From: Spirochaetota bacterium
GTDB taxonomy: Bacteria > Spirochaetota > UBA4802 > UBA5550
DNA length: 64,000 nt
Reading direction: 5' to 3'
Assembly: GCA_963663865.1 (NCBI GenBank)
Contig: OY760686.1
Span: 544,001 to 608,000 of the forward strand
The first letter of the stretch is position 1. Each line of letters opens with the position of its first letter. Below are positions 41,080 through 52,800 of the stretch, in pieces. The translations under genes were made by a program, and so were the position numbers. The notes beneath the pieces are model-generated. The model was not told the DNA's origin. It made no database searches and saw nothing but the letters and a program-made list of their open reading frames with translations.

Positions 41080-43977
41080 ATGAAGAAACCTACTGAACAG
41101 GAAAAGAAAAAACAGCCGAAAAAGAAGCCCTCAAGCCAAAAGCCCCGCCCGGTTGAAGATAAACCGGTACAACAGGCTCAAACCACCGGGGACGCTCCAA
41201 ACAGGGGGAGATTGCCGGTGAGGATAATCAAGTCCGTGTTGAAGACGCTCTTTGTCCGGATTCCAGTCGCCTTTGCTGTTATTGTGCTTGTGGCCCTTAT
41301 TGCCGCCAAGGCATATCTGTCTTCGGAAAGGGTACAGGAGCTTGCGGTTTCATCCTTTAATTCGATGTCGTACGGAGAGCTTGACCTTAAAGTAACAGAA
41401 TTTGATCCATTTTACGGGTTTGTGATTGAAAACATCGTTATAAAAAATGGAGAGGAATTTGAAAAAACCGTATTCTTCGAAATGGAAAAGCTAGCTGTTA
41501 AATACAACTTTTTCAGGATGTTCAGCGCGAGCGTGAGAATACCTGAAGTCGGTATTTATAAGCCGAGAATATATCTTGAAGAAAAAAACGGTGTCTGGAA
41601 TGCAGCCAGGCTCATGAAACCTGCCGAGGCTGCTCCTGTTAAACCGAAAGAGCCTGAGGAAGAAAAAACGGAGGCGGCAGGCCCACCATCAAGCGAGATT
41701 AACCTTCCAATAAACGCGGACTTTTTCTTCCACTTTATTCTGGATGATATGCGGCTCTATGCCAAATCGTCGAGCTTCGACGCGAAAATGGAAGGGCTGA
41801 CTTTTACAGCGGATATTGATGTTCCGCCATTTAAAAGGATTCCCCTTTCCGTAGAGGCAGTCAACATTCTCAGAAAAATGAATATCAGTCTTAATCCGGC
41901 CGAAACAATAGACATTTCGTTTGTCTCTCCCGACGCTGAACTGAAGCGCCCGCTTGTACTTAACTGGAAGCTGGAGTTTAACGGAGGCGAGGGAGAAAAA
42001 AAATTCAACAGCAAATTTGCTTTCGGTACATACGATACTCCTGTCAGGTTCAAGAGAACACATCTTGCCCCGTTGAGCTTTATGGTCGGCTACGACATGT
42101 TTTATAATCCGGCCGAAGACCATCTGCGGTTGAATAATCTGGGAATATCATTTAAAGGCAAAAAGTGGCTTAGTCTTGCCGGCGATGTCAGGGATGTGAC
42201 CGGTAAAATCTCTGTTGATGTCAATATGACGGAAAGCTCCATATCTCTCAACGAATTATATCCCTATTATGTCAGTGTTACGGGCGACAGGAGCATGTTT
42301 TTCGGAGGGTTGATATCGCTCCACCCATTTTCCGTCAAGGGAGGGTTGGATGACCTCAATGTCCGGGGGACACTGTCCATGAAGGGAATACGCTTCAGCA
42401 TGCCCGGAACATCGGTCTCAATACCCTGGTTCGCCCTGAACTATGCCGCCGCGATGCGTGGGCCGGACATGGCGCTTGACGCGGCTTTAAGCATTCCCGG
42501 ACTGAGCTATGCGCTTGAGGGAGAAAGGTCAGGCAGCAACGGCGTCCATCTCGCTCTCGGTGTAAAGGGCTTTAACAATTTCAGCCGCGTTATTCTTGAT
42601 AAGTTCAGGTTCAGGTTCTACAATCCTCAGACTGGTTCAGATGCTCTGAGCTTCAATCTCGGAGCCGATGTCAGCCTTGCTCCTGCGATGGCAGGTTCTG
42701 TTGATTTGACAGGCTTCAGGTTTGTGAAAGGCCCGCTTCTTCCTATGCTGCCGGCAGGCATCAGGGAGTCGCTTGCCGGTCTGCCTCTGTCAAAACCAGT
42801 GAGCGCAGCAATGAATGTAAGATTCGGCCTGTCTGACGCGAAACAGGCCGCTAAAGTTAGATTTTCAGCGGCGGTTCCCGATTTCGAAATAAACGACCTT
42901 CTTCTTCAGGTCGACGCAGAAAACTATCCGCTCAGGCAGCGGGCGGTTATAAACAGCTTCAACCTTTCGAGCAAAGAGCGTCACCTCGATGTGAGCGCCT
43001 CAGGGAGGGTTGACTTAAAGACAGCTCCGCTCTCTGATTCAGACCTCAAGGTGTCGGTATCTCTCGACAGCCCGAAACCCAACATGCTTGGCCCGGTACA
43101 GCAGTCCGGGGCGCTTCGTCTTTCTGCTTCAATGAAGGGCGACCTTAAGACCGGGAAGGCTTCGGGAAGCCTGTACTTCAAGGACTTTGACATAAAGTAT
43201 CCAGACCTGAAGTTCTCGCTTGAGAAGCTGTGTATGGATTTCCCGTTCAGCTACTCTTTTGCTCCGGCCGGAAGCGGAGAATCACTTCTTGCCGTCAAGA
43301 AAGACCAGATCATTGACAGCGACAGGTTCAGGAAAACTCCCAACTTCACCATAAAGTCAATCAAGGCCATTCACCCCGCACGAGATATTCAGTTTGAATA
43401 TCTGAAGGATTTTCAGGCTTACATGGCATTCGGAAATGAACTTTTCCAGATTCTGGATATGCGGGCCTATGTGCTTGACGGCTCACTGTACGCCAAAAAC
43501 ATTCTTTTTGACCTGGGCGGATTGGACACCTCAAGAATGGAATACAAGCTTATACTCGATATAACAAACGTTGACATCAACAAGCTTGACGAGCCGGATC
43601 CGGCGAAGAAGACTCGTGCAGCAGAGCTTTCGATGAATGCAAACTTCTCAGGCAGGGGACTTAATGTCGAGAAGGAGCTGACTACATCCGGTTATATCAA
43701 TATACACAAGGTAGGCAAGGAGTTTGCGGACAGGCTTATGAAGGGCCTCAGCGAAGAGAAGGGGAAATCAAAGCTCGGCATCGCTCAGTACGCTGTTGAA
43801 AACTCTGTGGTAAAGGGCTTTAACTTTAACCTGAATAAGGGGCTAATGTACGTAACCGTAGACTTCGACAAAATGTTTCTTAACAATCTTGTCAGAGTCA
43901 AGGACAACAGGGTAATTTACGACAGGGTTCCGATTCAGGAATTCGTAAGGAATATAATGCAAAGTGAGGGTAAATAA
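41080..43977 (+). CDS. AsmA-like/YdbH-type envelope protein
   Basis: N-terminal TM, PRIYLEEKNGVWN AsmA-like motif, long beta-rich body, and position before a DUF1318-like gene. Confidence 0.65.
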   Translation: MKKPTEQEKKKQPKKKPSSQKPRPVEDKPVQQAQTTGDAPNRGRLPVRIIKSVLKTLFVRIPVAFAVIVLVALIAAKAYLSSERVQELAVSSFNSMSYGELDLKVTEFDPFYGFVIENIVIKNGEEFEKTVFFEMEKLAVKYNFFRMFSASVRIPEVGIYKPRIYLEEKNGVWNAARLMKPAEAAPVKPKEPEEEKTEAAGPPSSEINLPINADFFFHFILDDMRLYAKSSSFDAKMEGLTFTADIDVPPFKRIPLSVEAVNILRKMNISLNPAETIDISFVSPDAELKRPLVLNWKLEFNGGEGEKKFNSKFAFGTYDTPVRFKRTHLAPLSFMVGYDMFYNPAEDHLRLNNLGISFKGKKWLSLAGDVRDVTGKISVDVNMTESSISLNELYPYYVSVTGDRSMFFGGLISLHPFSVKGGLDDLNVRGTLSMKGIRFSMPGTSVSIPWFALNYAAAMRGPDMALDAALSIPGLSYALEGERSGSNGVHLALGVKGFNNFSRVILDKFRFRFYNPQTGSDALSFNLGADVSLAPAMAGSVDLTGFRFVKGPLLPMLPAGIRESLAGLPLSKPVSAAMNVRFGLSDAKQAAKVRFSAAVPDFEINDLLLQVDAENYPLRQRAVINSFNLSSKERHLDVSASGRVDLKTAPLSDSDLKVSVSLDSPKPNMLGPVQQSGALRLSASMKGDLKTGKASGSLYFKDFDIKYPDLKFSLEKLCMDFPFSYSFAPAGSGESLLAVKKDQIIDSDRFRKTPNFTIKSIKAIHPARDIQFEYLKDFQAYMAFGNELFQILDMRAYVLDGSLYAKNILFDLGGLDTSRMEYKLILDITNVDINKLDEPDPAKKTRAAELSMNANFSGRGLNVEKELTTSGYINIHKVGKEFADRLMKGLSEEKGKSKLGIAQYAVENSVVKGFNFNLNKGLMYVTVDFDKMFLNNLVRVKDNRVIYDRVPIQEFVRNIMQSEGK

Positions 43978-44557
43978 AACCATGAGACTTTTCGCAGGAA
44001 TAATAATACTGTCAATAGCCGCATCCATCTCGACGTCATGTTCGTCTTCGTCATGCTGTATGATCGCCCCGCCGTCAATAAACATGACGGGGCCTAAAAC
44101 TGTCATTGAGCGCCAGATAGTCGGCGACTACATGGAACTTGAGAAGGACGCGTGGCTGATATCAACGATTCAGGCCCCCGGAACCATGAGCGGCGGAGCG
44201 GCAGATGAGGAGCTGCTGAAAGCTGTTCGGAAGAGGGAGGCCCTTGCTGACAGGATTGCCGTATATAAAAAGGAAGGTGCGGTAGGGGAGGCTTCGACTG
44301 GCTATGCGGTGTACAGGCCAGTAAATGAATATGAAAAAGATTCCGAGAAGAAATCCGAATTATTAAAAATACTGGAGCAGGAGAACAGCGCACGAAAGGA
44401 GATGTTCTCAAGAAGCCTTTTCCTGAGCTCGAAGAAAGAACCGTCCTCAGCTGAAGTATCTGCATTCGGAAGGCTGTTCGCTGAGGAGCAGCGGTCCCGT
44501 GCCATGAAAGGCGAGGCAATTCAGGAAAAATCGGGTAAATGGAGTATTAAAAAATGA
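43964..44557 (+). CDS. YdbL/DUF1318-family lipoprotein
   Basis: Signal peptide with Cys; KKEGAVGEASTGY, ENSARKEMF, GEAIQEKSGKW. Confidence 0.75.
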   Translation: MRVNKTMRLFAGIIILSIAASISTSCSSSSCCMIAPPSINMTGPKTVIERQIVGDYMELEKDAWLISTIQAPGTMSGGAADEELLKAVRKREALADRIAVYKKEGAVGEASTGYAVYRPVNEYEKDSEKKSELLKILEQENSARKEMFSRSLFLSSKKEPSSAEVSAFGRLFAEEQRSRAMKGEAIQEKSGKWSIKK

Positions 44558-47500
44558 AGAATTTTATTCTCCCGCTTTTCGCCGCGGCGGCCGTACTTAT
44601 GCCTTCCGGCCTTCTCAATGCGGCCGGTGAAGTCGAATTCAGCTACAGAACCATCCTTGACAGGGAGTTCAGGTTTAATGAGGGCGAATCAATTCCCGTA
44701 ACGGTTGAAAAGTCCATTCAAACCGGGGGAGACATTTCAGCTGACGGAAACTTTCTTTACTATTCGTCAAACAGGGAGAGCGGCAACTACGATATATACC
44801 TCAGGGAGTTGAGCAGCATCACAACCGTAAGGATAACGACGCATCCCTCAAAGGATACCGCGCCGGCTGTGTCTCCTGACGGTAAATACCTTGCCTTTGC
44901 TTCAAACAGGGAAGACCCTGAGGGCGACATTTACGTTATGAAGATTGACGCCTCTGAGGTCATTGAAGACGCAAAAAGCTCTGTAGAGGGATTTGCAGGA
45001 ATAGGCTCAGATGCCAAAAATATTACTCAGTATCAGGACCCTGTCTCAAGGACGGTTCTGATTATACGCGACGCTGACCCGGCATGGTCTCCTGACGGCA
45101 AGTGGATAGCGTTTTCGTCCAAACGAAACGGGTCCGAGAATATATGGCTTATTGGAAGAGACGGCAAGGGGCTTCGTCAGATAACAAAAAAGGGCGGGAT
45201 TCATCCCAGGTTTTCAGCGGACGGCAGACGCATAATTTACATTTCGCATCGCGAAGGCTCTGAGAAGGGAGATGTTTTTTCAATAACGGTGAGCGGAAGC
45301 GGAGAGAAACAGCTGACCTCTACGGAGACCATGAAGCTGTATCCGTCTTTCGGGCGCGGCGGAGACTTTTACTACACTGAGATTTCTGAAGATACAGACG
45401 GCAACGGATCAATCGGCCTGAATGATTCAGCCTCACTTGTCTACAGCAGCCCGTCCAAAGGGCTTTCGTACGCCATAACTCTTTCCAACGAGTCGTCATT
45501 CGGAGGGAAGTGGCTTCCGGTTTTTACTACAAAGGCTTTCAGCGGAGTGGTGCTTTACTCGGTACAGAAAGGCGACAGTATAAACCTTGCGCTTATTCCC
45601 GAGACGGGCATTATCCCCATTAAAATTGATGCCATGCGGCAGTACGATTTCGCGCTCAAATATAGAAATGAATATGAAAACGAAGAAAAGTATCTGTTAG
45701 GTCTTGAGATGGTTTATAACTACTACGGAAACGCGAAAGGTGATGAGCCGGTAATCTATTCGGCAAGGGCCCTTGCCGCAGCGGCCGTGGAGTATAAAAA
45801 AGCCGGCCGGAGTTCAGACCTGAAGAGGGTCCTCGGTCTGCTTGAAAAATACAACACTGAGAAGAACAATCTTTTCACGAAGGCAATGCTCGATTCAGCC
45901 AGGGCGCGTTCAGCGGGGAAAAGCGACATAGATGTTCTGAAACAGGCAGTGAGAAAGTCCGAAGGCGATAAGTCGCTGAAGGTTTATCTTCCCTATCTTC
46001 TTGAACTCTATGGAGACTCTGCTTCATCGCTCGGTCTGACGTCTGAAGCCTTAGATGCTTACGGAGCCATAATGAAAGAACATCGGGACTATCCCAAACT
46101 CAGCATGAGGGGAGTAGTCGGAAAGCACGCGCTTCTGTCTCTCGGCGGATTGAGCGCTGCCATTCCGCCTTCAGCCGTTGAGATTTTGAGCGGCGAGCCT
46201 GACTTTGACAGAGCGCTTGTGGTTAAGAAGTTTTTACAAAACGTTAAATCCGAAAAAAATTACGCGAAAAGGCTCAGCCTTCTTAAGCAAATTGCTTCGT
46301 CAAATGCTGATAACAAGGTCATTGTCCCCCTGACGGATTATGCCGCCGGCCTGACATACTTTCAGCAGGGCAGTGTCGACTCTGCGGTTGAAAAGCTCAG
46401 TGAGGCCGTTAAGGCGTCGAGAAAAACTGACCTGGTTTTTTACAGGGCCAATCTTCTGTTGGCGGATATTGAGGCAAAGCGTGGTCATGCCGAAAGCGCC
46501 GAACAGTACATTTCATCGGCAGTTTACTCATACAGACCTCTGTGGCAGGAAGACGATTTCCGCGGCAGGATAAGCTGGCTTATTAAATACTATGAAAACT
46601 ACGGCAACATGCCGCTGGTAAAAAAGAAAGGCGGAGTATACACGAACATTCTTAAAAAATACTCCGAGCTTATGGGCTTTGTTCACAAGAGAAAACGCTT
46701 TGAAGTCCTTTACAATGCCTATGGAGCGAGGTCACATGTCGCGTACATCGACCAGGCAGTGAAAGAGGGCGGAGAGACGGCGCTTAACAGGCTCCTTAAA
46801 GATTATGAAAAGGACCTTGGAGCTCAAAAGCTGAATTTCGATAAGGCCTTCATTTACGGGCTTGCCTATATCAATTCAAAATCCGGGATGTACAGGGAGA
46901 AAGCGGGCGAGCTGGAAAACGCGGTTTCCACAATGGCAGAGGCAGTCGTACATACTGACTGGGCCCTGTTCATTGATGATATGTTTGTTGATGCCTATGT
47001 TTTAAAGGGGTGGATATGGCTCTACGCGGACCTGAGGCGTTCTTCCTCGGAAGGCTCTGAACAGCGAATGATTGGGCGTTACTTCCCTTCTTATCTGCTT
47101 GAAAAAAACGTTCCGCTGTTTGAGAAGGCGATTATTGCAAATGATGAGAAGAAATTTCCGGACAGGGAGGGGCTGTTGTACCTGAATCTCGGGAACACAT
47201 ACTTTCTCCTCACGAATTACGCCGCGTCACTCAGGCAGTACCAGCAAGTGACAGAGTATATTCGTGATTTCTCTGACAGAAAAATAGAACTCAATTTCAG
47301 GTTTCACCTCGCCTACTGTTACTGGCAGAGCGGTGAAAACGACAAAGGCCGAGCAGAGATTAACAGGGCCCTGGCGCTGATTGACGAAGGAAGCTTTAAT
47401 CCTCAGACACGTTATACAGTTTACAAGTATTTAGCTCTGTTTGACCGTGCTGAAGGCAACTTTAAAGGGGCGGCAGAATGGTATGGCCGAATCCTTGATT

Positions 47501-48642
47501 ACGCGCAGAAGCACAAAATCAAGATCGACAGGGCGCGTTACCTGCAGGAGCTTGCGGCGTGTTACTACGAGCTTGGAAACTACGACCTGGCCGTAAAAGA
47601 GATAAAAAAAGCTGACATTCTTCTAAAAGAATATCCGGAAGATTCCAGAAATTACAAATTAAAGTGGTATGTGTTTGGTCTTTTCCCGGTGCCATTTTGG
47701 GACCTGGGTCAGGACAGCGTTGTTATAGGTGAAAATAAAATATTTGAGCCCCTTGATACAAGAAGCAAGAAAATGCTAAGCCTTTCGATGCTTGAAGCAA
47801 TTGAAAAGAAAAAAGGCAATTACAAAGACGCGATAGAGTATCTTAACGCAAAGGTCAGGTTCGTTAAAGATAAAAAAACGGTTGTCGACACAGAGACGCT
47901 GATAACCTCACATAATAATATTGGTTATTATTATTACAAGTCCGGCGAAACCGTCCGTGCGGCGGACTCGTTCAGAGAGGCCTGGAATATCTCGTCTGAC
48001 AGAGATGTTAATAATCTTAAAGGCGCCTATGTTTCATTGATGAATCTCGCGAATCTTTACGCAGTCATGGCAGAGAAAGGCGGGAAAGATACGTCTGAGA
48101 TGGAGAAAAATTTATATGCTATCCTCGATAATATAAACAGGTACAGAGTGGAATACGAAAACCTTGAATATGAATCAAGGCTGGAAGCTCTGCAGGAAGC
48201 TGCAAAGGCCCAGGGAACTGAAGTAAGCGAAAAGGAGAAAGCCGACCTTAGAAAGCAGGTGGCTGAACAGGCTTCAGGAATCTATTACAGGCTCGACGCG
48301 GCGGCAGGCATTTTAGGGTTTTATCTTGCGGAGTTAAGGATAAACAGCTTGCCTGAAAAGACCGATCCGGCTGAAATACTCAGGGAGCATGAAGTAATAA
48401 TAAGGTCCTATTCAGATTCATACAGACTTTTTAAAATGTCCGCAGAATCTGCCGAGCTTAATCCGACAGAGGCAGGTACAGAGCTTGCTCTGCGTATGCG
48501 GGTTAATATGGCGGTATGCCTCAAAAGACTTGGAAGATTCGGTGAAGCGGCCCAGGCTCTGGACAGGGCGCAAAAAGCAGCTCTGGAAAACGGATTCAAG
48601 GACCTGGCTGCAAAAATTGCGTCAGTTTCCGCATATAAATAG
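44554..48642 (+). CDS. TolB-like (PD40) beta-propeller plus TPR protein
   Basis: PAVSPDGKYLAFASNR and PAWSPDGKWIAFSS repeats; many TPR helices; signal peptide. Confidence 0.85.
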   Translation: MKNFILPLFAAAAVLMPSGLLNAAGEVEFSYRTILDREFRFNEGESIPVTVEKSIQTGGDISADGNFLYYSSNRESGNYDIYLRELSSITTVRITTHPSKDTAPAVSPDGKYLAFASNREDPEGDIYVMKIDASEVIEDAKSSVEGFAGIGSDAKNITQYQDPVSRTVLIIRDADPAWSPDGKWIAFSSKRNGSENIWLIGRDGKGLRQITKKGGIHPRFSADGRRIIYISHREGSEKGDVFSITVSGSGEKQLTSTETMKLYPSFGRGGDFYYTEISEDTDGNGSIGLNDSASLVYSSPSKGLSYAITLSNESSFGGKWLPVFTTKAFSGVVLYSVQKGDSINLALIPETGIIPIKIDAMRQYDFALKYRNEYENEEKYLLGLEMVYNYYGNAKGDEPVIYSARALAAAAVEYKKAGRSSDLKRVLGLLEKYNTEKNNLFTKAMLDSARARSAGKSDIDVLKQAVRKSEGDKSLKVYLPYLLELYGDSASSLGLTSEALDAYGAIMKEHRDYPKLSMRGVVGKHALLSLGGLSAAIPPSAVEILSGEPDFDRALVVKKFLQNVKSEKNYAKRLSLLKQIASSNADNKVIVPLTDYAAGLTYFQQGSVDSAVEKLSEAVKASRKTDLVFYRANLLLADIEAKRGHAESAEQYISSAVYSYRPLWQEDDFRGRISWLIKYYENYGNMPLVKKKGGVYTNILKKYSELMGFVHKRKRFEVLYNAYGARSHVAYIDQAVKEGGETALNRLLKDYEKDLGAQKLNFDKAFIYGLAYINSKSGMYREKAGELENAVSTMAEAVVHTDWALFIDDMFVDAYVLKGWIWLYADLRRSSSEGSEQRMIGRYFPSYLLEKNVPLFEKAIIANDEKKFPDREGLLYLNLGNTYFLLTNYAASLRQYQQVTEYIRDFSDRKIELNFRFHLAYCYWQSGENDKGRAEINRALALIDEGSFNPQTRYTVYKYLALFDRAEGNFKGAAEWYGRILDYAQKHKIKIDRARYLQELAACYYELGNYDLAVKEIKKADILLKEYPEDSRNYKLKWYVFGLFPVPFWDLGQDSVVIGENKIFEPLDTRSKKMLSLSMLEAIEKKKGNYKDAIEYLNAKVRFVKDKKTVVDTETLITSHNNIGYYYYKSGETVRAADSFREAWNISSDRDVNNLKGAYVSLMNLANLYAVMAEKGGKDTSEMEKNLYAILDNINRYRVEYENLEYESRLEALQEAAKAQGTEVSEKEKADLRKQVAEQASGIYYRLDAAAGILGFYLAELRINSLPEKTDPAEILREHEVIIRSYSDSYRLFKMSAESAELNPTEAGTELALRMRVNMAVCLKRLGRFGEAAQALDRAQKAALENGFKDLAAKIASVSAYK

Positions 48643-48672
48643 ATTTTGCTTTATTGCCCGGAGGGGATCAAG

Positions 48673-49704
48673 ATGCCGCATAAAACTGTAATAAGCCTGA
48701 TAGTCCTAATTGCCTTTGCCGCAGCCGTGCCGCTCTATTCAGCCGAGGTAACTTTTTTCCTCGGGAAGGTCGATGCTAAAAGGCATGGACGTGTTTTCAA
48801 TGTATCAATGGGAGCAAAACTCGAGGCCGGTGATTACATTGAAACTGGTTCAAGAAGCACGCTTGAAATATCTTACAATGACGGAAGCAGAATAACTGTT
48901 AAGGAAAAAAGTGCAGTAAGAATCGGAACGCCGTCGGTCCCTTCATCGGAGAGCATTACCGTTGTGTCAGGAAATGTGAGAGGACGTTTTGCAAAGCTGA
49001 AAAAAGGTACGAACAAAGTATATACACCGACAACTGTGTGCGCCATTAGAGGAACTGAGTTTGACATTACTGTAAGGGGAGGAGACTCAAGGGTTGATCT
49101 GAAGGAGGGAAGCCTTGAACTGAGCAATCAGTACGGTTCAAAGGATATGTCTGCCGGAGAAAAGGTGCAGGGCGAGATTTCGGGACCGCTGAAGGAAGCG
49201 GAAAAAACCCCTGAGGAGTGGACAGCCGATAAGGAAAAGAACCTCGCTGAAAATCCGGGAGAGAGCGCACAGAGATTCAGGAAGCATCTTTCAGATTCAG
49301 AAAAGTTCGGAAAGAGCAGGTCGGAGGCTATCGAAAAGACATCAACGGTAGTAAAGTCGGCTGGAAGCGTTGATGAAATAGAGAAAGCCGGGAAAGATAT
49401 AGAGGCGGCAGAAGAGACTGCGGAAGATGATCTGTATCTCTCGGAAGGTACGGCGCTTTCTGTTTCATCGATAACTGAGGATTTTGAGACCAGGAAGGGG
49501 GACATCTACGAAAGCTTTAAAAAGCTTCGGGATGAAGCGAATCGGGTATCTGAGCAGAAAATGCAAAACTACCAGGCGATTCAGGCAGTGAAAGAGGAGT
49601 ATAAAAAAGCGCGCGAAGCGATAATGAACAAGTTTCAGGACGACAGAAACAGGATTCTTGACGGTGTTAAATCCAAAAATCTGAAGCCGGATATGAACTT
49701 TTAG
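48673..49704 (+). CDS. FecR-domain exported protein with coiled-coil tail
   Basis: GDYIETG, DGSRI, TPTTVCAIRGTEF; start MPHK with GAGG RBS. Confidence 0.8.
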   Translation: MPHKTVISLIVLIAFAAAVPLYSAEVTFFLGKVDAKRHGRVFNVSMGAKLEAGDYIETGSRSTLEISYNDGSRITVKEKSAVRIGTPSVPSSESITVVSGNVRGRFAKLKKGTNKVYTPTTVCAIRGTEFDITVRGGDSRVDLKEGSLELSNQYGSKDMSAGEKVQGEISGPLKEAEKTPEEWTADKEKNLAENPGESAQRFRKHLSDSEKFGKSRSEAIEKTSTVVKSAGSVDEIEKAGKDIEAAEETAEDDLYLSEGTALSVSSITEDFETRKGDIYESFKKLRDEANRVSEQKMQNYQAIQAVKEEYKKAREAIMNKFQDDRNRILDGVKSKNLKPDMNF

Positions 49705-49782
49705 AAGAACATCTTTAGAACAGACCTAAATCAAAGCTTACTCTCTACCCGAATAACTGTAATAATAGCGTTAAAGACGTTT

Positions 49783-49826
49783 ATACAAAAAGAGAGCAGC
49801 CTCTCAGGGCTGCTCTCTTTTTGTAT
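49783..49826. terminator. Bidirectional intrinsic terminator
   Basis: ATACAAAAAGAGAGCAGCC-loop-GGCTGCTCTCTTTTTGTAT between convergent genes. Confidence 0.88.
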
Positions 49827-49839
49827 GCATGGATCAGGA

Positions 49840-52800
49840 TTATGACCTGATAACTTTTCTGTCTATCGTCACAATCTGCTCATTCTCTTTTTCTATCAGG
49901 TCGACCACATCGTCTCCTGACCTGAAGCGAAGTACGTTGAGCATGAATATCTCAAGCTTGTTGATGATATTCGGAGGCAGAATCTCTCCGTCAATTTCAA
50001 CTGACATTACCGGCAGGCGGTTGTCTCTCGCCCAGGGGGTAATGAGACCTTCAATAACTCGGCCAATCAGGCAGGCAAAAGGCGAAATATTTACCACGCC
50101 CGAGTAGTCGTCCATGAGCGCTGTTGCGGCCGCTCCGGACGAGATTGAGATTTCTGATTCGAGCTCATTTGTAACGAAAAGTGTATTCGCGTTGCGCATG
50201 ATCCTGTTCATATCATGCGGTGTTTTTGGAATAAGGCCTGTGGCTGACAGAGCTTTTTTGACCTTCTTGTCTACATGGTGTTTCCACATCTTCTCAATGT
50301 GCCACATGATGATATCTCTGTGCGTCTTTGAGAAAAGTTTTTTGTAGAAAGGCAGAAGAGCATATTTCTTGTCAAGCTCATACTTTCTGGTATAGTCGCA
50401 GTAGTAAATCCATTCCGCAATGCCCGAAACCTTGGCAATAATTCCGCGCTTGCTCATGAGCATAATAAGCTCGTCGACAGCGAAGTCATCGCGGCGCACG
50501 TAAATTTCCCCGACGACAAGCACCTTTGGTGTCTTTGCCATTTCCCGTTTAAGCGGAATGCGGGAAATTTCAGAGGCTATCCGTCTGAGAGCCGGAACCA
50601 TCTTTGAAGCGTCTTTTTCTGAGATGTCAATGAGCTCCTGCCACAGCTCATCGTATTTTGCAATGGCTGTCTGCGGGTCAACGGCGCATGTTCTCAGTGA
50701 AGTCTCAATATCCTTCATATAATCAGAAGCTACAACGCTCCACCACATATGCTTTGAAAACTCAGGGCCAAGCTCGTTGTATGAATTTTCCGAATCAAGC
50801 GTTACAACGATAACATTCTCAAGTCCCATATCCTTAAAGAGGTTTTCGTAGAAAATGTAGTACTGCCCCGTACGACAGGGTCCTCTTGTTGTCGGGCAGA
50901 ACACCATGTATATTTCAGTCCGGTCATATCTGTCGGACATGAGATACTGAAGGGCCTCGCCGAGAACAAGCTGTGACGGAAGGCACTCCTTGCCTGACAT
51001 GTTATTTCTTGCCATCTGGAGCACGAAAGAGTCCGGAACAGGAAGCGCTTCGGCGTTTACCCCGACGCCTCTGAGAGCCGCGGCCATAAGCTCTGTTGAC
51101 AGCCTTCCCATGTTTGCCAGAAGCATCTTGACCCTGGGGTTGTTGAAAATAGGTATTTGCTCACCAGTCTTTTCATCGAGAAGGTGCAGTGGATCAGCTC
51201 CGTTATTAATGAAGCGGAGGCCGTTGTCAAAACGCTCTTTTTCCCCGTGAGAGATGTTTCTGTAGCCTTCAATGATATCAAGGAAGGCTTCAACGCGCGT
51301 GTCAACACCGGCGTCGGCAGAATGCGAATCAAGCTCAAGAACCAGGAAGGGCTTAATCCCCATGAACCATCTGACATAGTGCAGCATGAATGAATCGGGA
51401 GCGCATGAAAAGTTTGTGATATACGTGACGAAAATGTTATCCTCTTTCTTCAGGAAGGAGGCTGCCCTCATGTCCTGCTGTCCGTAATACCAGTACATGT
51501 TGTCAAAAATCTTTGCTTCTTTGAAAGGAAGCATGTCGAAAGGTATTATCGAATAGCCGCGGCTCGTAAACTTCAAGGGTATTCCCATATTCGCATCTTT
51601 TGTGAAGGCGTTGTATGGGCGACCGAGCAGGGCAATGACAGGCCTGTCAGCTTTGCGTGCATCTTCGAGGGCTTTTACTCCCATCTCCTGATACGCTGCA
51701 GCGAATTCGAGCTGTTTAGCGTATGCCTTATTGAAAGCCGAGCGCGTCTCGCTGTCTGACACGCCTAATGATTTCCCGAGTTCGTAGAATCCTTCAAGGG
51801 CCTTCTCTGTTCCGTATTTAAAGCTTACAATGGGAGCGAGGAAGCGTGATTCATCAATATCCGGGAATGCCTTCTTGATATAGTATGGAAGACTCTGCGT
51901 GATGGGGCAGAAGTTGGCGTGAACATCCTTTTCGTAGCTCGGCATATCCCGGAAATGCGGCACAAAGATATAGTCGAAACCTCTGGATATAATGTTCTGA
52001 ACCGCGCCGTGAGCAATCTCTGCCGGAAAGCAGTAGGCGCTTTCCATCCTGGCGACTCCCTCATGTTCTATTTCATCAGAGAGTGCGATCTCAATACCGA
52101 GTTCATGGAAGAACCAGGAATAGAGCGGCCACAGGGTGTAGATGGAGAAGGCTTTTGGAATACCTACGGTAAAATCACGTTTTTTTGAGAATGTCTCAGT
52201 AGACGGGGCGAATGTCTTAAAGAGCATTTCGTCGCGTTTCTCAATGTAATTGAAAATGCTGTTTTCTTCGAATACCTTTTTCTTTCTTATGTTGGCGTAC
52301 TTGTTACAGCGTCCTCCAAACATGTACTTGTGCCCGTTAACGTTAAGAACTCGTATCGGACAGTAATTGTCGCAGGCCTGGCATTTAAACTCGCGTTCAT
52401 ATACAATCTCTGAGGCGAGAATGGTGTCAATATCGAATGAGCCTTTCTCAATGAATCCATCCTGGAGCTTTTGTTTAGCGAGGATTCCGACGCCGAAGCA
52501 GCCGAGCAGCTCCGGGTCTGGCGGAATTACAATGTTTTTGTTGAGGAGCATGGCGAATGCGAGAGGAACAGCTTTGTTCTTCGCGACACCGCCCTGAAGA
52601 ACGATGTTCTGGCCTACCGACCTGTTGCCTACGACACGGTTCAGGTAGTTCGCGACAATTGAAGTTATGATGCCTGCTGTAATATCCTCCCTTGACGAAC
52701 CATGCTGTATGGCCTTTCTAATGTCGGAGTTGATGAACGCTGAACATGTTTCGCCGAATTTGAGAGGAGCCTGCGCTTTAACCGCGATATCGCCTATCTC

